From the IMG/VR virus record IMGVR_UViG_3300002552_000444, positions 36,088-100,087 of that record: 64,000 nucleotides of DNA. One strand, written 5' to 3'. The DNA comes from a virus. Its lineage: Duplodnaviria > Caudoviricetes. Below the pieces are notes generated by a model. It ran no database searches, had not been told where the DNA came from, and saw only the letters and a program-made list of their open reading frames with translations. A program made the translations under genes and the position numbers. How positions within the stretch are numbered: position 1 is the first letter of the stretch; each line of letters starts with the position of its first letter. Shown piece after piece: positions 1 to 10,455 of this stretch.

Positions 1-2969
1 CCTGTTCTTATGGTTATTTGCGAACCAACAGGAGCATTATCGTTTATTAGGACTTGAGTGCTTAGTGTTTCATTAAATAATTGTGCTAAATTTCTTGATA
101 ATGATATTGCTTGAGGTTCTAGAATTTGAGCATACCCCATTACTACTTCTACTGATTCAAAACCACTTCTTGTTGTAAATGCAGGGAAAACTGTTGCACT
201 GTTAATAGCAAAATCAATCACATCTCCCGCCTGAGCAGTGTTTTGTTGTGCAACGACTCCATCAACGACAACCCCAACTTCAAACGAAACAACGGGGATT
301 TCCGTTATGATTATTCTCTGAGTTGTCGTGCTAGTAACATTCATATCTGACCATTGTCCAGTGTATCCAACACTTCTTGCAGATATAGTTATTTCTCGTC
401 CAACAAGCGAATGATCTTTTCTTATCCTAAATTCAAGATGAGTCGTTCCGTTCAGCCAAAAAGTACGATAACTCATGATATATGGTGCTGATGCTCCAAA
501 ATCAAATTCAAGTTCTCTAAAAGATGCGTTCAATGGATAGATTCTTGGAGACACTCTTACTAATCGCCCTATTTGAAAATCGAGCATTCCATATTCCATC
601 ATTTCACGAGGTGAAAATTCTACTATCTCATCTTGTGTCAAATCAAAAACATTAGCAAAATTTGGGTCTACTGTTTCAGGAGAAAATCCTAGAGTCAAGG
701 ACTGTATTGCAATCGGCGCTAAGGTCACTGACAAACTTGTTCTTGCTCTCAAATTTCCAAGCTCAAATACAAACCACCCAGCGGTTGAAGGACTTTCTAA
801 TATTCTAAGGTTAACATTTATTGTGGTATTAATCGTTTCAATGTGTGGATTTGTTAGATGAACCATTTGTGTTTGATTATTTATAATTACATTATTATGA
901 TTAACTTCAAATCTCAGTCTATAGTCATCTGGTCGTAGCAATATTTGTTCTTTATCTCCAGTCAAAATACACATTGAATTAAGCCAAAAATTAGGGAGAG
1001 ATACGCCCGTATCTCTTTCAAGTATTATTGAATCGCCTACTGCCTCTAATGTTACAAATCTTGTATAGCCAACTCTCAAAATAGGCCATCTAACCTCAAG
1101 CAAATCCACTCTAGCGCGCCAAATGAAAATCCTTCCGACAAGTGAAACTTGTGCGTAAATCCCTAACTCAAAGTATGCTGCACCATGAACTCCCTCACCA
1201 CTAATGTCTAATAAGTTCGGGATGTAGAACACTCCTGCTATTCGTGCATATAACCCTACCTCGATCTCCAGTCCAACCTCTACTAAGAGCAACAAACTAA
1301 AATGCACCCCAAGAGATAGACCAACCCTTGCCTCAATGTATCCCTCAATTCTTATAGAGGGAGGAATAAATTCTGTTGTTCTGTTTGTTAAAACTCGTCT
1401 TGTTCCATTTATCTCAACTGAACGAGTTTCATCTGCAACTCTTAATCCCAATGTTGCCTCAATCGAAGCTCTTGAGACAATAGTTAGTCTCACCTCTAAA
1501 GCAATTCTTATAACAAGACCCGTTTTTCCAACAGGCTTTGGTTTGTTTAAAATTCTAATAGCACCCTTACCTGTTTCTTGACTCATTGCATTTTCAAGTG
1601 TGCTTTTCAATCGGGAAATATCATCATCCCCTTCGGGAGACCATGCTCCACCTCCCCACCGATGTGAAATGCTAACACCAATCGTAATTGTATAAATTGT
1701 TTCAGTTCTTGTCGCTGGCTCAAAAACTTCGTCATTAGTGCTTGCTTGAACACCAACATTACTTCTCCATCTGATTTGTGGCTTTATGTAAGCAGTAACA
1801 GTAAAAGGTATTCCTCTAATATTTACTTGCTTTGACCATGTGACAGTTGCTTGAATGTGCCAATCTCCATTTTGGAATCTAGCTCCAAAGTTTATTGTTG
1901 GTCTATTGCTGTTAAAGAGTCTTGCTGTTATTCCCACGACTGGCTCACTGTTTGCAATATTATAATAAATATCGTCATGCAATTCGTCCATATCAAGCAT
2001 ATCATCATCTATGTCAAATGTCATATTCATTTCCAACTCTTCATAGACTTCATTTAAATATGGGATTTGGACTGACAAAATATCTCCTTGAATTCCCATA
2101 ATTCTATAAGCAAAAGAAATAACGACACCTTCCATCATAACATCAACAATATAAATTCCTCCAATGGAAAATTTGCTCGGATCATCAACTTGTATTCTAT
2201 ATTGACCGAGATATATCGCAACCATATCCTCAATAATTACTACATTATTTCTTAGAATTGAATGATAGAATTCTTCTTGTTCAACGCTGAAAATTAGTTC
2301 ATCTTGATCTTTAAAGCACTCTTCAGCGAACCTAGCATTAGTTAAATTGATTGCATATGTTCTTCCTTCCGAATAACCACCAGCAGGTGGCAAAATTCTA
2401 AACGATCCATTTTGTCCCTCAACTCTAATATCTTGCGGCTCACCTCTAAAGCTGTTGACAATAACAAAATTATTCAAGTTTTCATTTGTTATATTTTGAG
2501 TTGAGCTTATATCAAAAGCAAAGAATGGGTCAACACTAGAAATAAATTCATTAAAATGCTGGACTCTTTGAATTCCTTGATCTGGCGGTCCATTTTCATA
2601 TCCATCATTGTTAGGTAAAAAATAAAACAACAAACCAAAAGATAGCCCCACTATTAAAACTAGCGACGCAACAGCACCAAATTTTTTATTAAACCACGCC
2701 AAGCGAGATCTCTTTTTCGTAGGTTTGTTGTGGCAAGGCTTTCTAGAATTACTATCTGTTTGAGACCAATCTTTGTCATTCGTCATTTTAACAGGCGCAG
2801 TAGTTGAAAGAGTTTCCGAATTAACTTTCTCTTTCTCCACCTGCTCCTTTTCTAGTCTAGCAGTTTCTTTTGCTCTCTCCATAATTTGCTGAATCTTCTC
2901 ACTTGAAAATTCCGCATTATTTTTATCAAAAACCTTATTGATTTTTTCTTTAAATTCTCTCTCGTCCAT
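1..2969 (-). CDS. Large membrane-anchored extracytoplasmic protein, partial (runs off left edge); probably host
   Basis: Absent from the ORF track. Translated by hand from ATG 2969 (MDEREFKEK...) with GGAGGA upstream. One TM helix (GAVASLVLIVGLSFGLLFYFL) then a long beta-rich region; no stop seen down to position 1. Confidence 0.75.
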   Translation of the reverse strand, partial: MDEREFKEKINKVFDKNNAEFSSEKIQQIMERAKETARLEKEQVEKEKVNSETLSTTAPVKMTNDKDWSQTDSNSRKPCHNKPTKKRSRLAWFNKKFGAVASLVLIVGLSFGLLFYFLPNNDGYENGPPDQGIQRVQHFNEFISSVDPFFAFDISSTQNITNENLNNFVIVNSFRGEPQDIRVEGQNGSFRILPPAGGYSEGRTYAINLTNARFAEECFKDQDELIFSVEQEEFYHSILRNNVVIIEDMVAIYLGQYRIQVDDPSKFSIGGIYIVDVMMEGVVISFAYRIMGIQGDILSVQIPYLNEVYEELEMNMTFDIDDDMLDMDELHDDIYYNIANSEPVVGITARLFNSNRPTINFGARFQNGDWHIQATVTWSKQVNIRGIPFTVTAYIKPQIRWRSNVGVQASTNDEVFEPATRTETIYTITIGVSISHRWGGGAWSPEGDDDISRLKSTLENAMSQETGKGAIRILNKPKPVGKTGLVIRIALEVRLTIVSRASIEATLGLRVADETRSVEINGTRRVLTNRTTEFIPPSIRIEGYIEARVGLSLGVHFSLLLLVEVGLEIEVGLYARIAGVFYIPNLLDISGEGVHGAAYFELGIYAQVSLVGRIFIWRARVDLLEVRWPILRVGYTRFVTLEAVGDSIILERDTGVSLPNFWLNSMCILTGDKEQILLRPDDYRLRFEVNHNNVIINNQTQMVHLTNPHIETINTTINVNLRILESPSTAGWFVFELGNLRARTSLSVTLAPIAIQSLTLGFSPETVDPNFANVFDLTQDEIVEFSPREMMEYGMLDFQIGRLVRVSPRIYPLNASFRELEFDFGASAPYIMSYRTFWLNGTTHLEFRIRKDHSLVGREITISARSVGYTGQWSDMNVTSTTTQRIIITEIPVVSFEVGVVVDGVVAQQNTAQAGDVIDFAINSATVFPAFTTRSGFESVEVVMGYAQILEPQAISLSRNLAQLFNETLSTQVLINDNAPVGSQITIRT

Positions 2970-3187
2970 TTTTAATATCTTCCTCCGCATTAAGGCTCGT
3001 TTTAAACCTTCTATATATTATTTCGCTTGAGAGAGACAAAACGTTTAGTCTATTTTAAAGTTTTTTTAATTTTTTTAAAATTGTCATACGAAATAATCTG
3101 TTATTTTTATAAATTAGATATAACTGAAAATTAATACACTAATGCGTTGAACTTTACTCAATCCCCAAATGCCTCTTTGGTCAGTTT

Positions 3188-3664
3188 TTAGATGTTTTTT
3201 TCTGCTATATAGCCTCTAATGTTTTGGGCTTTGTTGTAGAGGATTTCGCCTGTCTTTAGGTTTTCGATTAGTAGGACTTTTTCAAGTGCAATATCTTTTT
3301 CGGATACATACCATGTGTTGCGATCTTCGTCTGCGTTGGCTGATATAATTAATGTTTGAGCCATGTTTTCGCTTTGGTTGTTTGCTTTAATCCATTTGTT
3401 CCACGGCTTCATATAGCACATTCTTCTTATTGTTATTCTGTAAACCTTTTTGTCATAATCATCAACCAGATTTCCTAATCCTAAGCCTTCTGGCGAAGAC
3501 GAACTTGTTAGCCAAACCACATCGTTATTAAATCCTGTGTTGCTGAGAGTTCTTTTAATCACACGCTTATCCATGATTGTGCCTATGTGAAAAAGCGAAG
3601 TGTAGTGATATAGCACTTCCACTTCCTCTAGGAAATATTTGAATTTGTCTAGCGACTCTTTCAT
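3188..3664 (-). CDS. Hypothetical protein, possibly ADP-ribosyltransferase fold (HYD1-like)
   Basis: LYHYTS...I...VVWLTSS pattern. Leaderless arrangement: TATAAT 6 nt before ATG. Confidence 0.45.
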   Translation of the reverse strand: MKESLDKFKYFLEEVEVLYHYTSLFHIGTIMDKRVIKRTLSNTGFNNDVVWLTSSSSPEGLGLGNLVDDYDKKVYRITIRRMCYMKPWNKWIKANNQSENMAQTLIISANADEDRNTWYVSEKDIALEKVLLIENLKTGEILYNKAQNIRGYIAEKNI

Positions 3665-3714
3665 GCGAACATTATATCACTTTTCGCAAGCGCAAGCAAC
3701 TGCAAAGTGTCGAT

Positions 3715-3763
3715 AAAATAAAAAAAGACGAAGCGTTAACGCAGATGGTTAATGCTTCGTCTT
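3715..3763 (-). terminator. Rho-independent terminator ending the late operon
   Basis: Stem aagacgaagcgttaac/gttaatgcttcgtctt followed by a U-run on the minus strand. Confidence 0.8.
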
Positions 3764-3767
3764 GATT

Positions 3768-3935
3768 TTAGTTGTCCTGATTTTCAAGGACTGGTTGTAG
3801 TTTTTTTAATAGGTTTTCTAGGTTGGCAACTCTTTCTTCCAATGAGGAAATTTTTTGAGTGTCACATTCGAATTCAAGGATTGTGCCGTTTTTGGTTTTG
3901 ATTTTTATCTTTTTAACTTTTTTTGTTTGTAACAT
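3768..3935 (-). CDS. Small coiled-coil protein (55 aa)
   Basis: Hand-translated MLQTKKVKKIKIKTKNG...LEERVANLENLLKK..., AGGAG upstream; below ORF-track cutoff. Confidence 0.6.
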   Translation of the reverse strand: MLQTKKVKKIKIKTKNGTILEFECDTQKISSLEERVANLENLLKKLQPVLENQDN

Positions 3936-4806
3936 TTGCAACGATCTCCTTGATTTTTTGTTGAGATTTTTTGAAGTAATGAGGGTTTCCCTTTTTTAGT
4001 TGGACTTTTATTTCCTCTAGCCAGTCATATTTTACGCTTGACATGAAGTGGTTAAAGCCTAGTGAAGTTGCGGTGTTTTTGTTTGATGTGTTACCGAAAG
4101 ATGGCCCGAACAGAACATGATAAGAATGGTTATGCTGAAGAACTAGGTTAAGTAAATAGGATTGTTCTAGGATAATGTCGGGAGTGAAGTTTTTGTCGTT
4201 TAGGACTTCGGGATTATGGCGCATAAATTCGTCATAGATTTTCCAATAGCCTTTGATATATTTATCCTTCAACTCTTGGCTGTTTATCTTCACTAGACCG
4301 CAACGAAAAGCGTCGTATTTTTTGTAAGACGACATATCGAGCCTAGGAAAATTTGGCACAATTTCCCACAGTTTGTTTGTGGTATAGTCATACAATTGAG
4401 TCTCGTATTCATGAGCTTCAACAACTAAATCCTCGGTTGAGTTTTCAAGCACTCGCACTAGGTCAATCTTCTTTATGACTGCATCCATGTCATAGTGGAC
4501 GCTTCCTAGAGGCTCATGCTGATGTGCTAACATTTTTCCAGACGCCCAGAAACGCTCATGACATTTGTGTTTGTCGAGAGTTCGATAGATGTTGCGATAT
4601 GGCAAAAAACCAAACATTCGCTCTCCTAGTTCGTCTGTGTGAAGGACTAATTCAATGTCTAGTCTTTCAGCTTGCAAGCACGACAGCGTTGCGATTGTTA
4701 TTATGCAGTCGATTTGTTTATCGAGTTTTCGATTGTAGTTTTCCGCACGAAGCGGTCTTGTTGAAAAAGAGTGAAATGCTCTCATTATTTTAATTTCCTC
4801 CAGCAA
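3913..4806 (-). CDS. DUF6734-like protein, possible nucleotide-diphospho-sugar transferase fold
   Basis: LVLHTD, FWASGK and HYDMD (DxD) motifs. Confidence 0.55.
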   Translation of the reverse strand: MLEEIKIMRAFHSFSTRPLRAENYNRKLDKQIDCIITIATLSCLQAERLDIELVLHTDELGERMFGFLPYRNIYRTLDKHKCHERFWASGKMLAHQHEPLGSVHYDMDAVIKKIDLVRVLENSTEDLVVEAHEYETQLYDYTTNKLWEIVPNFPRLDMSSYKKYDAFRCGLVKINSQELKDKYIKGYWKIYDEFMRHNPEVLNDKNFTPDIILEQSYLLNLVLQHNHSYHVLFGPSFGNTSNKNTATSLGFNHFMSSVKYDWLEEIKVQLKKGNPHYFKKSQQKIKEIVANVTNKKS

Positions 4807-5792
4807 AATTTTAAGTCACCAAAATAGGTTCTTCTCCAGTAGTCGCTTAGGTCGTCATGATGTTTTGAGTAGTCCTGACGAGTTGTGTTTAATCCTTTGC
4901 AATCATCACAAGTGCAGTCTGGATTTTCGCAAATTTCGCAATTGTCTTCTTTTGGCAATTCGTCCATTCCCATCATTGCAAATGAGTATTCTTCGTCATC
5001 TTCACAAATAAAAGTTAAAATGGCATCAGGTATAAACCCAATGCCATCTTTACCATTTTTTCCGTCTTTCCCGTCACGACCATCTCTGCCATCACGACCA
5101 TCATTTCCTGTTCTTCCAATCTCGCCATTTAGTCCGTCTCTACCGTCTTGCCCGTCGATGCCATCTCGCCCGTCCTGTCCATTTTGTCCATCGACACCAT
5201 CTCTGCCATTATTCCCATCCCGACCATCTCTGCCATTCTGTCCATTGAAATCGCCTCGTTCTGATCTTGCCAGCAAATCATCAACTGCCTTTATCGCAAA
5301 CTCTTTAACACCAACTAACTGACTCTTTAACTCTCGGACATCATCAATTAGCGTTATCAAAATACTTAGATTTTCTTCACCTTGAGTGCCGTTGCCGTCG
5401 CTGTTTTGGGAGAATGCAACATTGACATAGAAGGTCTGACTCGTTAAAAGAATTACCTCGCCATGCTCGTCCTTTCCTTGAAGTGAGATGTCGCATGAGA
5501 GTCTTCCTGATTGAGATAGCATTGATGAAGTTAGTTTGACATAGACAACGCCGTTTTCAATTTCACCCTCATAATACTGCACAGTTTCGTCTGGAAGCGT
5601 TGCGGACAATTGAACAAGAGTGTAGAGCGATAAATCAATAGTCCCCCTATCATCATAGAGCGTGATTGCAAAGTAGCGTGAGTTAATGTCCCCTGACTTT
5701 GCTTGGGTTAGTTGAATCGGTGCGCCGGTGTAGTCAACGGTTGGAAGCCTTAGACTTCGGACTGCTTTTCCTTTTAAATCAAATGCCATCAT
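4785..5792 (-). CDS. Baseplate upper protein (BppU-like N-terminus) with collagen-like repeats; tail fibre
   Basis: QAKSGDINSRYFAITL BppU-like start, more than 20 G-X-Y triplets, position after Tal. Confidence 0.8.
   Translation of the reverse strand: MMAFDLKGKAVRSLRLPTVDYTGAPIQLTQAKSGDINSRYFAITLYDDRGTIDLSLYTLVQLSATLPDETVQYYEGEIENGVVYVKLTSSMLSQSGRLSCDISLQGKDEHGEVILLTSQTFYVNVAFSQNSDGNGTQGEENLSILITLIDDVRELKSQLVGVKEFAIKAVDDLLARSERGDFNGQNGRDGRDGNNGRDGVDGQNGQDGRDGIDGQDGRDGLNGEIGRTGNDGRDGRDGRDGKDGKNGKDGIGFIPDAILTFICEDDEEYSFAMMGMDELPKEDNCEICENPDCTCDDCKGLNTTRQDYSKHHDDLSDYWRRTYFGDLKFCWRKLK
5045..5250 (-). repeat. Collagen-like 9-bp-period coding repeat
   Basis: GRD/GQD/GKD/GKN triplet repeats. Confidence 0.85.
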
Positions 5793-8700
5793 TCCCTCCG
5801 TCGAGTTCGCTGACTCGTTTTTTTAGTTTTTGAATTTCATTAACACACATTGATATTAATTCAGTATAGTTTAATGATTTTGTGCTTCTGCCTTTTTTCG
5901 TTTGTCCATCGTGAAAAAGATTTAATGTTTTTGGGTCAATACCAGCTTGCTTGATCGCTTTTTCAACATCTTGCGCTATTAGTCCAAATCGAGTTTTTTC
6001 ACTCTTGTCACTCTTCAACTTGTAAGTCACTGGCTTTAATTTATCGAATAATTTTGAGTGATTTTCCGAAATGCTTTTGATAGAATTTTTCAAAGCTTTA
6101 TCGCTACTCGTCCAAGTATTAACTGCCCAGACATCGTTCCATCTTTGACCGCTCTCGCCTAAATCGTAGCGCTCGTTCTCGGCTGGCAAAAGATTTCCAA
6201 CAATTGAAATCGAATCACCCATTGGTGGCGATTGCATGAAGTTAATCGTTTGTGCAAGAAAAACCGATTGCGTTCCAAGTGCCCAGTTCAAAACGCTAAC
6301 TCCAGTCCACATTGTTCCTTCGCTGGTCGTTCTTGTTCCACTCGATTCTCCACGACCAACCGTTACCCTAAACGAGCGGTTCGCTGAAGTGCCACCAAGA
6401 GGCGGCGGAAAAAATACTGTTAAAAGCATTGTTCCAGTGAATGACACTTCTCGAAGTAGATTTGCTGGCTGACCTGTTGCCGCGTCTGTAATATTGACCG
6501 TTGTTGTGACCATTCCACCAGTCCCTAGGCTTATTGAGACATTTGCCGAATAATGTTGCGGAAATCCTTCTTCCTGTGGGTCGTTAAAAATTATTGAACC
6601 ACTTGCAGCACGAATACTGTTGTGGTCGATTGTAAAACCTCCAAAACCTTCAACTCCACCGATATTCATTGCCTTTGAAACAACTAAGTCACCGCAATCA
6701 ACAACGAGTGAGCGAACTCCAAGATTGTCAACCGTTGTTATCGTGTCATCATTTGCGCCTACAACTGCGAGTGATGTTATACCTCCAGCATCGGTGCTTA
6801 ATGAAAAATTATTGCTAACAAGGTTTCCGTTTTCATCAATCGTGAGTCTTCCAATACTTCCAGATAACGCTTCAATATTTCCCTTAATTGAAACATCGCC
6901 GTTTGGTTTTGCGTGGAAAGTTAGCTCGTTCGAAGAAGGTCTTTTAATCATGATGCCGTTTTCGTCAAGGGTGATTGTGTTTTCTTTGTTTGAGATGTAG
7001 AGCGTGTTTCCGATGATGACTGAGCCCACAAGAGCTTCCGCGAGAAGTCCATAGGCTTTGGTTTCACCGTTTGTTGGGTGGTTGAAGTGAATTTTTCCGA
7101 GGGCTGTTTTTGCGGTTTGCCATGAGTCGTTTGTGAAAAGCATGACATTATTTATGATACGAATTTGCTCTGACTCAAATGATGTATGTCTGTCGTTGTT
7201 AATGCGGCGTCCTAGAATTCCAGTCTCATCAACGACAAATTCTTGGTTATTCATGTTGCCTTGAGCAATTCGCAATGTGCGGTTTAGTGGCTCGTTTAAA
7301 AGGTTGTAGATAGCGTCGGACTGACGATTAAACTGTGTTAGTTTTTGCCAATTCGCTGAAACTGTTCTCGCTGAACTTACGCTTTCATTGATTAAATCAG
7401 AGAACAAAAAGTCCTTGCTATCTGGCTTTAGTGCATTTGAAAATTCGAGCAAGAAGTTGTCGGGTTTAAGCAAATTTAACGATATTGTCGTCAAGGCTGG
7501 ATAATAGTGCGTCCATTCGTCTTTGGCTATGGTTATGACCTTTCCTAGCGCCAACTCCCCACTAAACGCTTTAAAATGATATATCTTAGTGAAATCTATC
7601 GAGTCAACAGCTATTGAAAAGCGAGGACGGCTGTTTTTTGCCAAGTGCTTTCTGCCTTCTTCGAGAAGTTCTAGGCTCAAATCAATTGCTTCTTCGGGAG
7701 TTGTTGTGTCGAGAATCGCTAGACCCGAACTTGTGTAGTCATTTTCAATCCAGTATCTACGCAACTCCCGAAATTCTTTTGGATTTAGAAAATTAGTTAG
7801 ATTGAGCGAGGACGATATTTCATTCATCTTCGCTTGAATTTCCTCAATCGCTTTATCGTTCAAATCTATTTTTTCACTAAGTATGCGTGACACAGTTCGG
7901 TGCTTTTCAAGCCAGAGCCATGCGTTGTTAAAGGTTGTGTAGCGCTCAAAACCAGCGACCCAGAAATGCGCTTCATACATCTCTTCAAGTCCTGTAATAG
8001 GGTCAGGCTTGAAGATTTGATACACTTCTCCATAGAGTTTGCAATATGACGAGTTGTCGTTTGAAACAGGGTCGGGGAAATATATGAATCCACCAAGTGG
8101 TTCGGATTGAGGAACGCCGCTTGGGTTAGTTGAGCCGAAAAGATAATTTTCGTTAAAGGTTGCTCGTCTTCCCTGTTGTTCTTCAAATGAAAATCTTCCC
8201 GACCAGACGCTTTCGCCGCTTTCGGTCATTCGCTCACTTGGAATAAATCGTGGTTGGTTTTGATAGCAAGTGTGGATAGTGTCCCTGTCGAATACCCCAA
8301 GCGTTGATGCTTCGTCTAAACTCAAACCTCCAACTTTAACATCTTCAGCTGTGAAGATTGCACGAGAGCGTTCGAGTTGCTCAAGGTTTTCAAGTCCGTT
8401 TAAAACACCGTCGCTATGTGCTTGCGCCCACAACGACAATGCATTTTCTAGGTCTAAAATTCTTTTATCGACAATAACTTTCTCGGCTTTTATTTCGGTG
8501 TTAGATAGATATTTATCTCGTAACTCCATCACAAGCCTAGTCCATTCGGGAGCTGCATTTTTCACCGCTATATCCCACTCACGCAGTTGTTGAGAGAGTT
8601 CTTTTGACATGAAATTAGTTTTTTCATTATCTATGTCTGACATAAAATACGAAAAGTCGGTGATGTAGTTCGTTCCTGTTGGGTTAACCGCACGAATGTC

Positions 8701-9534
8701 AAGGTTGTTTCCGTTGCAATTTAAGACTGTGACGAGTTCATCCATTCGCTCTGTCGTTTGCAATTCACTCACGACATTATCGTAACTAAGATAAATATTT
8801 GTTCGTCCTGTTACCTCTTCCACCGTCTTAATTTGGATTGACTGACGAAGAAAGTCAAACTCGAAAATGACCTCAAAGATTTGAGAGGCATAGTTCATGA
8901 TAAATTCATAACCCCAGAGAGTCTTTTGCTCCGTGAACGAGCGAACAATTTTATTCTCGTCTCTTTCATGGAATCGAAGTGCTGGGTTGATGTAGGAAAT
9001 AGTCCACTCGTCGTAAGACTGCTCAATCGCCTCTAGCCCCTGATTAACTCTTGGGTCAATCTCAATTCCTAACTGCTGGTGTAACTGCCCTACTACGCTT
9101 GGAACTTCGTCATATCTTGCTCCGCAATAATTCTCATCAAACGGGTCTCTTGGGTCAAAGAATTTATAGACCCTTTCTTCCATGAAGAAGCCTTTGTCGT
9201 TTAATCGAATTTGAAGAGAACTTGCTTTAACAAACTTCATTGAATTTAGTCCGTTTTCAATTTCGTTAACTTCCATGATGCGAAAGTATCCAACTCCGTC
9301 AATAAGGATTAATCTTTTTGCTCTAAGGTTCTCGTAATGCTTACATCTAACTTTCTTCCCTTTTGTGTTTGTTGCATGAGACGACACTTCCAACGACAAT
9401 TCCGATAGGTCATTGAATCGCAAAGTCAAATGAGCGTCTAGCACATTTAAGACTGCTAACTTTTCCTTGTCAGGATTGCATAAAAAAATTTCAGGACTTT
9501 TTAAATTCCTGAAATAATCAAAAGTATTATTCAT
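5779..9534 (-). CDS. Tail spike/Tal-like protein with C-terminal peptidase S74 intramolecular chaperone
   Basis: Follows Dit. C-terminal SSDKALK...LKPVTY...FGLIAQDV...LNYTELI plus terminal coiled coil. Confidence 0.85.
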   Translation of the reverse strand: MNNTFDYFRNLKSPEIFLCNPDKEKLAVLNVLDAHLTLRFNDLSELSLEVSSHATNTKGKKVRCKHYENLRAKRLILIDGVGYFRIMEVNEIENGLNSMKFVKASSLQIRLNDKGFFMEERVYKFFDPRDPFDENYCGARYDEVPSVVGQLHQQLGIEIDPRVNQGLEAIEQSYDEWTISYINPALRFHERDENKIVRSFTEQKTLWGYEFIMNYASQIFEVIFEFDFLRQSIQIKTVEEVTGRTNIYLSYDNVVSELQTTERMDELVTVLNCNGNNLDIRAVNPTGTNYITDFSYFMSDIDNEKTNFMSKELSQQLREWDIAVKNAAPEWTRLVMELRDKYLSNTEIKAEKVIVDKRILDLENALSLWAQAHSDGVLNGLENLEQLERSRAIFTAEDVKVGGLSLDEASTLGVFDRDTIHTCYQNQPRFIPSERMTESGESVWSGRFSFEEQQGRRATFNENYLFGSTNPSGVPQSEPLGGFIYFPDPVSNDNSSYCKLYGEVYQIFKPDPITGLEEMYEAHFWVAGFERYTTFNNAWLWLEKHRTVSRILSEKIDLNDKAIEEIQAKMNEISSSLNLTNFLNPKEFRELRRYWIENDYTSSGLAILDTTTPEEAIDLSLELLEEGRKHLAKNSRPRFSIAVDSIDFTKIYHFKAFSGELALGKVITIAKDEWTHYYPALTTISLNLLKPDNFLLEFSNALKPDSKDFLFSDLINESVSSARTVSANWQKLTQFNRQSDAIYNLLNEPLNRTLRIAQGNMNNQEFVVDETGILGRRINNDRHTSFESEQIRIINNVMLFTNDSWQTAKTALGKIHFNHPTNGETKAYGLLAEALVGSVIIGNTLYISNKENTITLDENGIMIKRPSSNELTFHAKPNGDVSIKGNIEALSGSIGRLTIDENGNLVSNNFSLSTDAGGITSLAVVGANDDTITTVDNLGVRSLVVDCGDLVVSKAMNIGGVEGFGGFTIDHNSIRAASGSIIFNDPQEEGFPQHYSANVSISLGTGGMVTTTVNITDAATGQPANLLREVSFTGTMLLTVFFPPPLGGTSANRSFRVTVGRGESSGTRTTSEGTMWTGVSVLNWALGTQSVFLAQTINFMQSPPMGDSISIVGNLLPAENERYDLGESGQRWNDVWAVNTWTSSDKALKNSIKSISENHSKLFDKLKPVTYKLKSDKSEKTRFGLIAQDVEKAIKQAGIDPKTLNLFHDGQTKKGRSTKSLNYTELISMCVNEIQKLKKRVSELDGGNDGI

Positions 9535-9621
9535 TTTTTCTCCCTTGCGTCAATGACACTCTTGTCACAATCATTTCTTTAAAACAATCACTTCAATAAC
9601 TGCATAAATTTTTCAAGGTTG

Positions 9622-10443
9622 CTAGAATCCAATCTTAATGTATGTCTGGCATACTATTTGCATTTCGCCGTTTATTTTCACTTTCAAGATATTGACACCC
9701 TTAACGAGCCGAAGCCAATTAAGGTTAAATTTTGAGAGTAAGTTTCCACTATTCGAAACTGAGTTTTTATGTCGGTATATTATTTTAAGTTCGTTGTCAA
9801 CGATTACCCTCTCATTTGGAAGTAGCGCATCAAACTTAAACTCTCTATTTGGATTTGCTTTATCGCTAGTGTTTTTAATTATAATCGCGCAATCTTCGAT
9901 TGGTGCAAATTGCGTAAAACTAACTTCGGGATAGACATAATCATCAATGATATCAGAGTCGTTTATTATTTTCAATTCAACCCAATCAGATCCATCACTC
10001 GAAAGATTTTTCTTTCGAGGCTTGCCGTAGGCGAATTGCGAGTCAAAAGTTGCAGTCAAAATAATGCCGTGACAAAATCCGTTGACATACTGCTTTCCCA
10101 CTTCCGAGAATATGCAATTGTATTCGTAGTCGTTATATTCTGGTTGATGAAATTGCAATTTGCGAAAGCCGTTTCGAGAGACTAACCATGTCAAAAGTTC
10201 TCTTTGGACTATATTTGATAAAGGCTCATCTTGTGGCGAAAAAATACGAAATTGAAATTGTGGCATATCTTCTTGCTCAATTCCAGCAAACGAAAACCTT
10301 CTGCTTTTTGGGGTTTTGATTGCATGAATAGTTGACTGAAACGGCATTGTTTCCTGAATGTTTTCAGCATCAAGTTGAGCAATGACCAAACCAAATTCAC
10401 CAGAAAACCTACCGTCATAGGTATATGTTGTAGCGTTAAGCAT
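9622..10443 (-). CDS. Distal tail protein (Dit)
   Basis: N-terminal YTYDGRFSGEFGLVI, C-terminal WLRLVKGVNILKV, position between TMP and Tal. Confidence 0.8.
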   Translation of the reverse strand: MLNATTYTYDGRFSGEFGLVIAQLDAENIQETMPFQSTIHAIKTPKSRRFSFAGIEQEDMPQFQFRIFSPQDEPLSNIVQRELLTWLVSRNGFRKLQFHQPEYNDYEYNCIFSEVGKQYVNGFCHGIILTATFDSQFAYGKPRKKNLSSDGSDWVELKIINDSDIIDDYVYPEVSFTQFAPIEDCAIIIKNTSDKANPNREFKFDALLPNERVIVDNELKIIYRHKNSVSNSGNLLSKFNLNWLRLVKGVNILKVKINGEMQIVCQTYIKIGF

Positions 10444-10455
10444 TAATCTTTCCCC

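Noticed and set aside
1336-2057. Short plus-strand ORFs here and the many antisense ORFs over phage genes
   Set aside because: Shadow frames of long opposite-strand genes (e.g. the Pro/Ser-rich 4885-5322 ORF is antisense to the collagen repeat).
3120-3160. attL sharing CTAAT with the amidase 5' end
   Set aside because: Only a 5-bp match; the reconstituted frame has no proper start or RBS, and the predicted attP lacks inverted symmetry.
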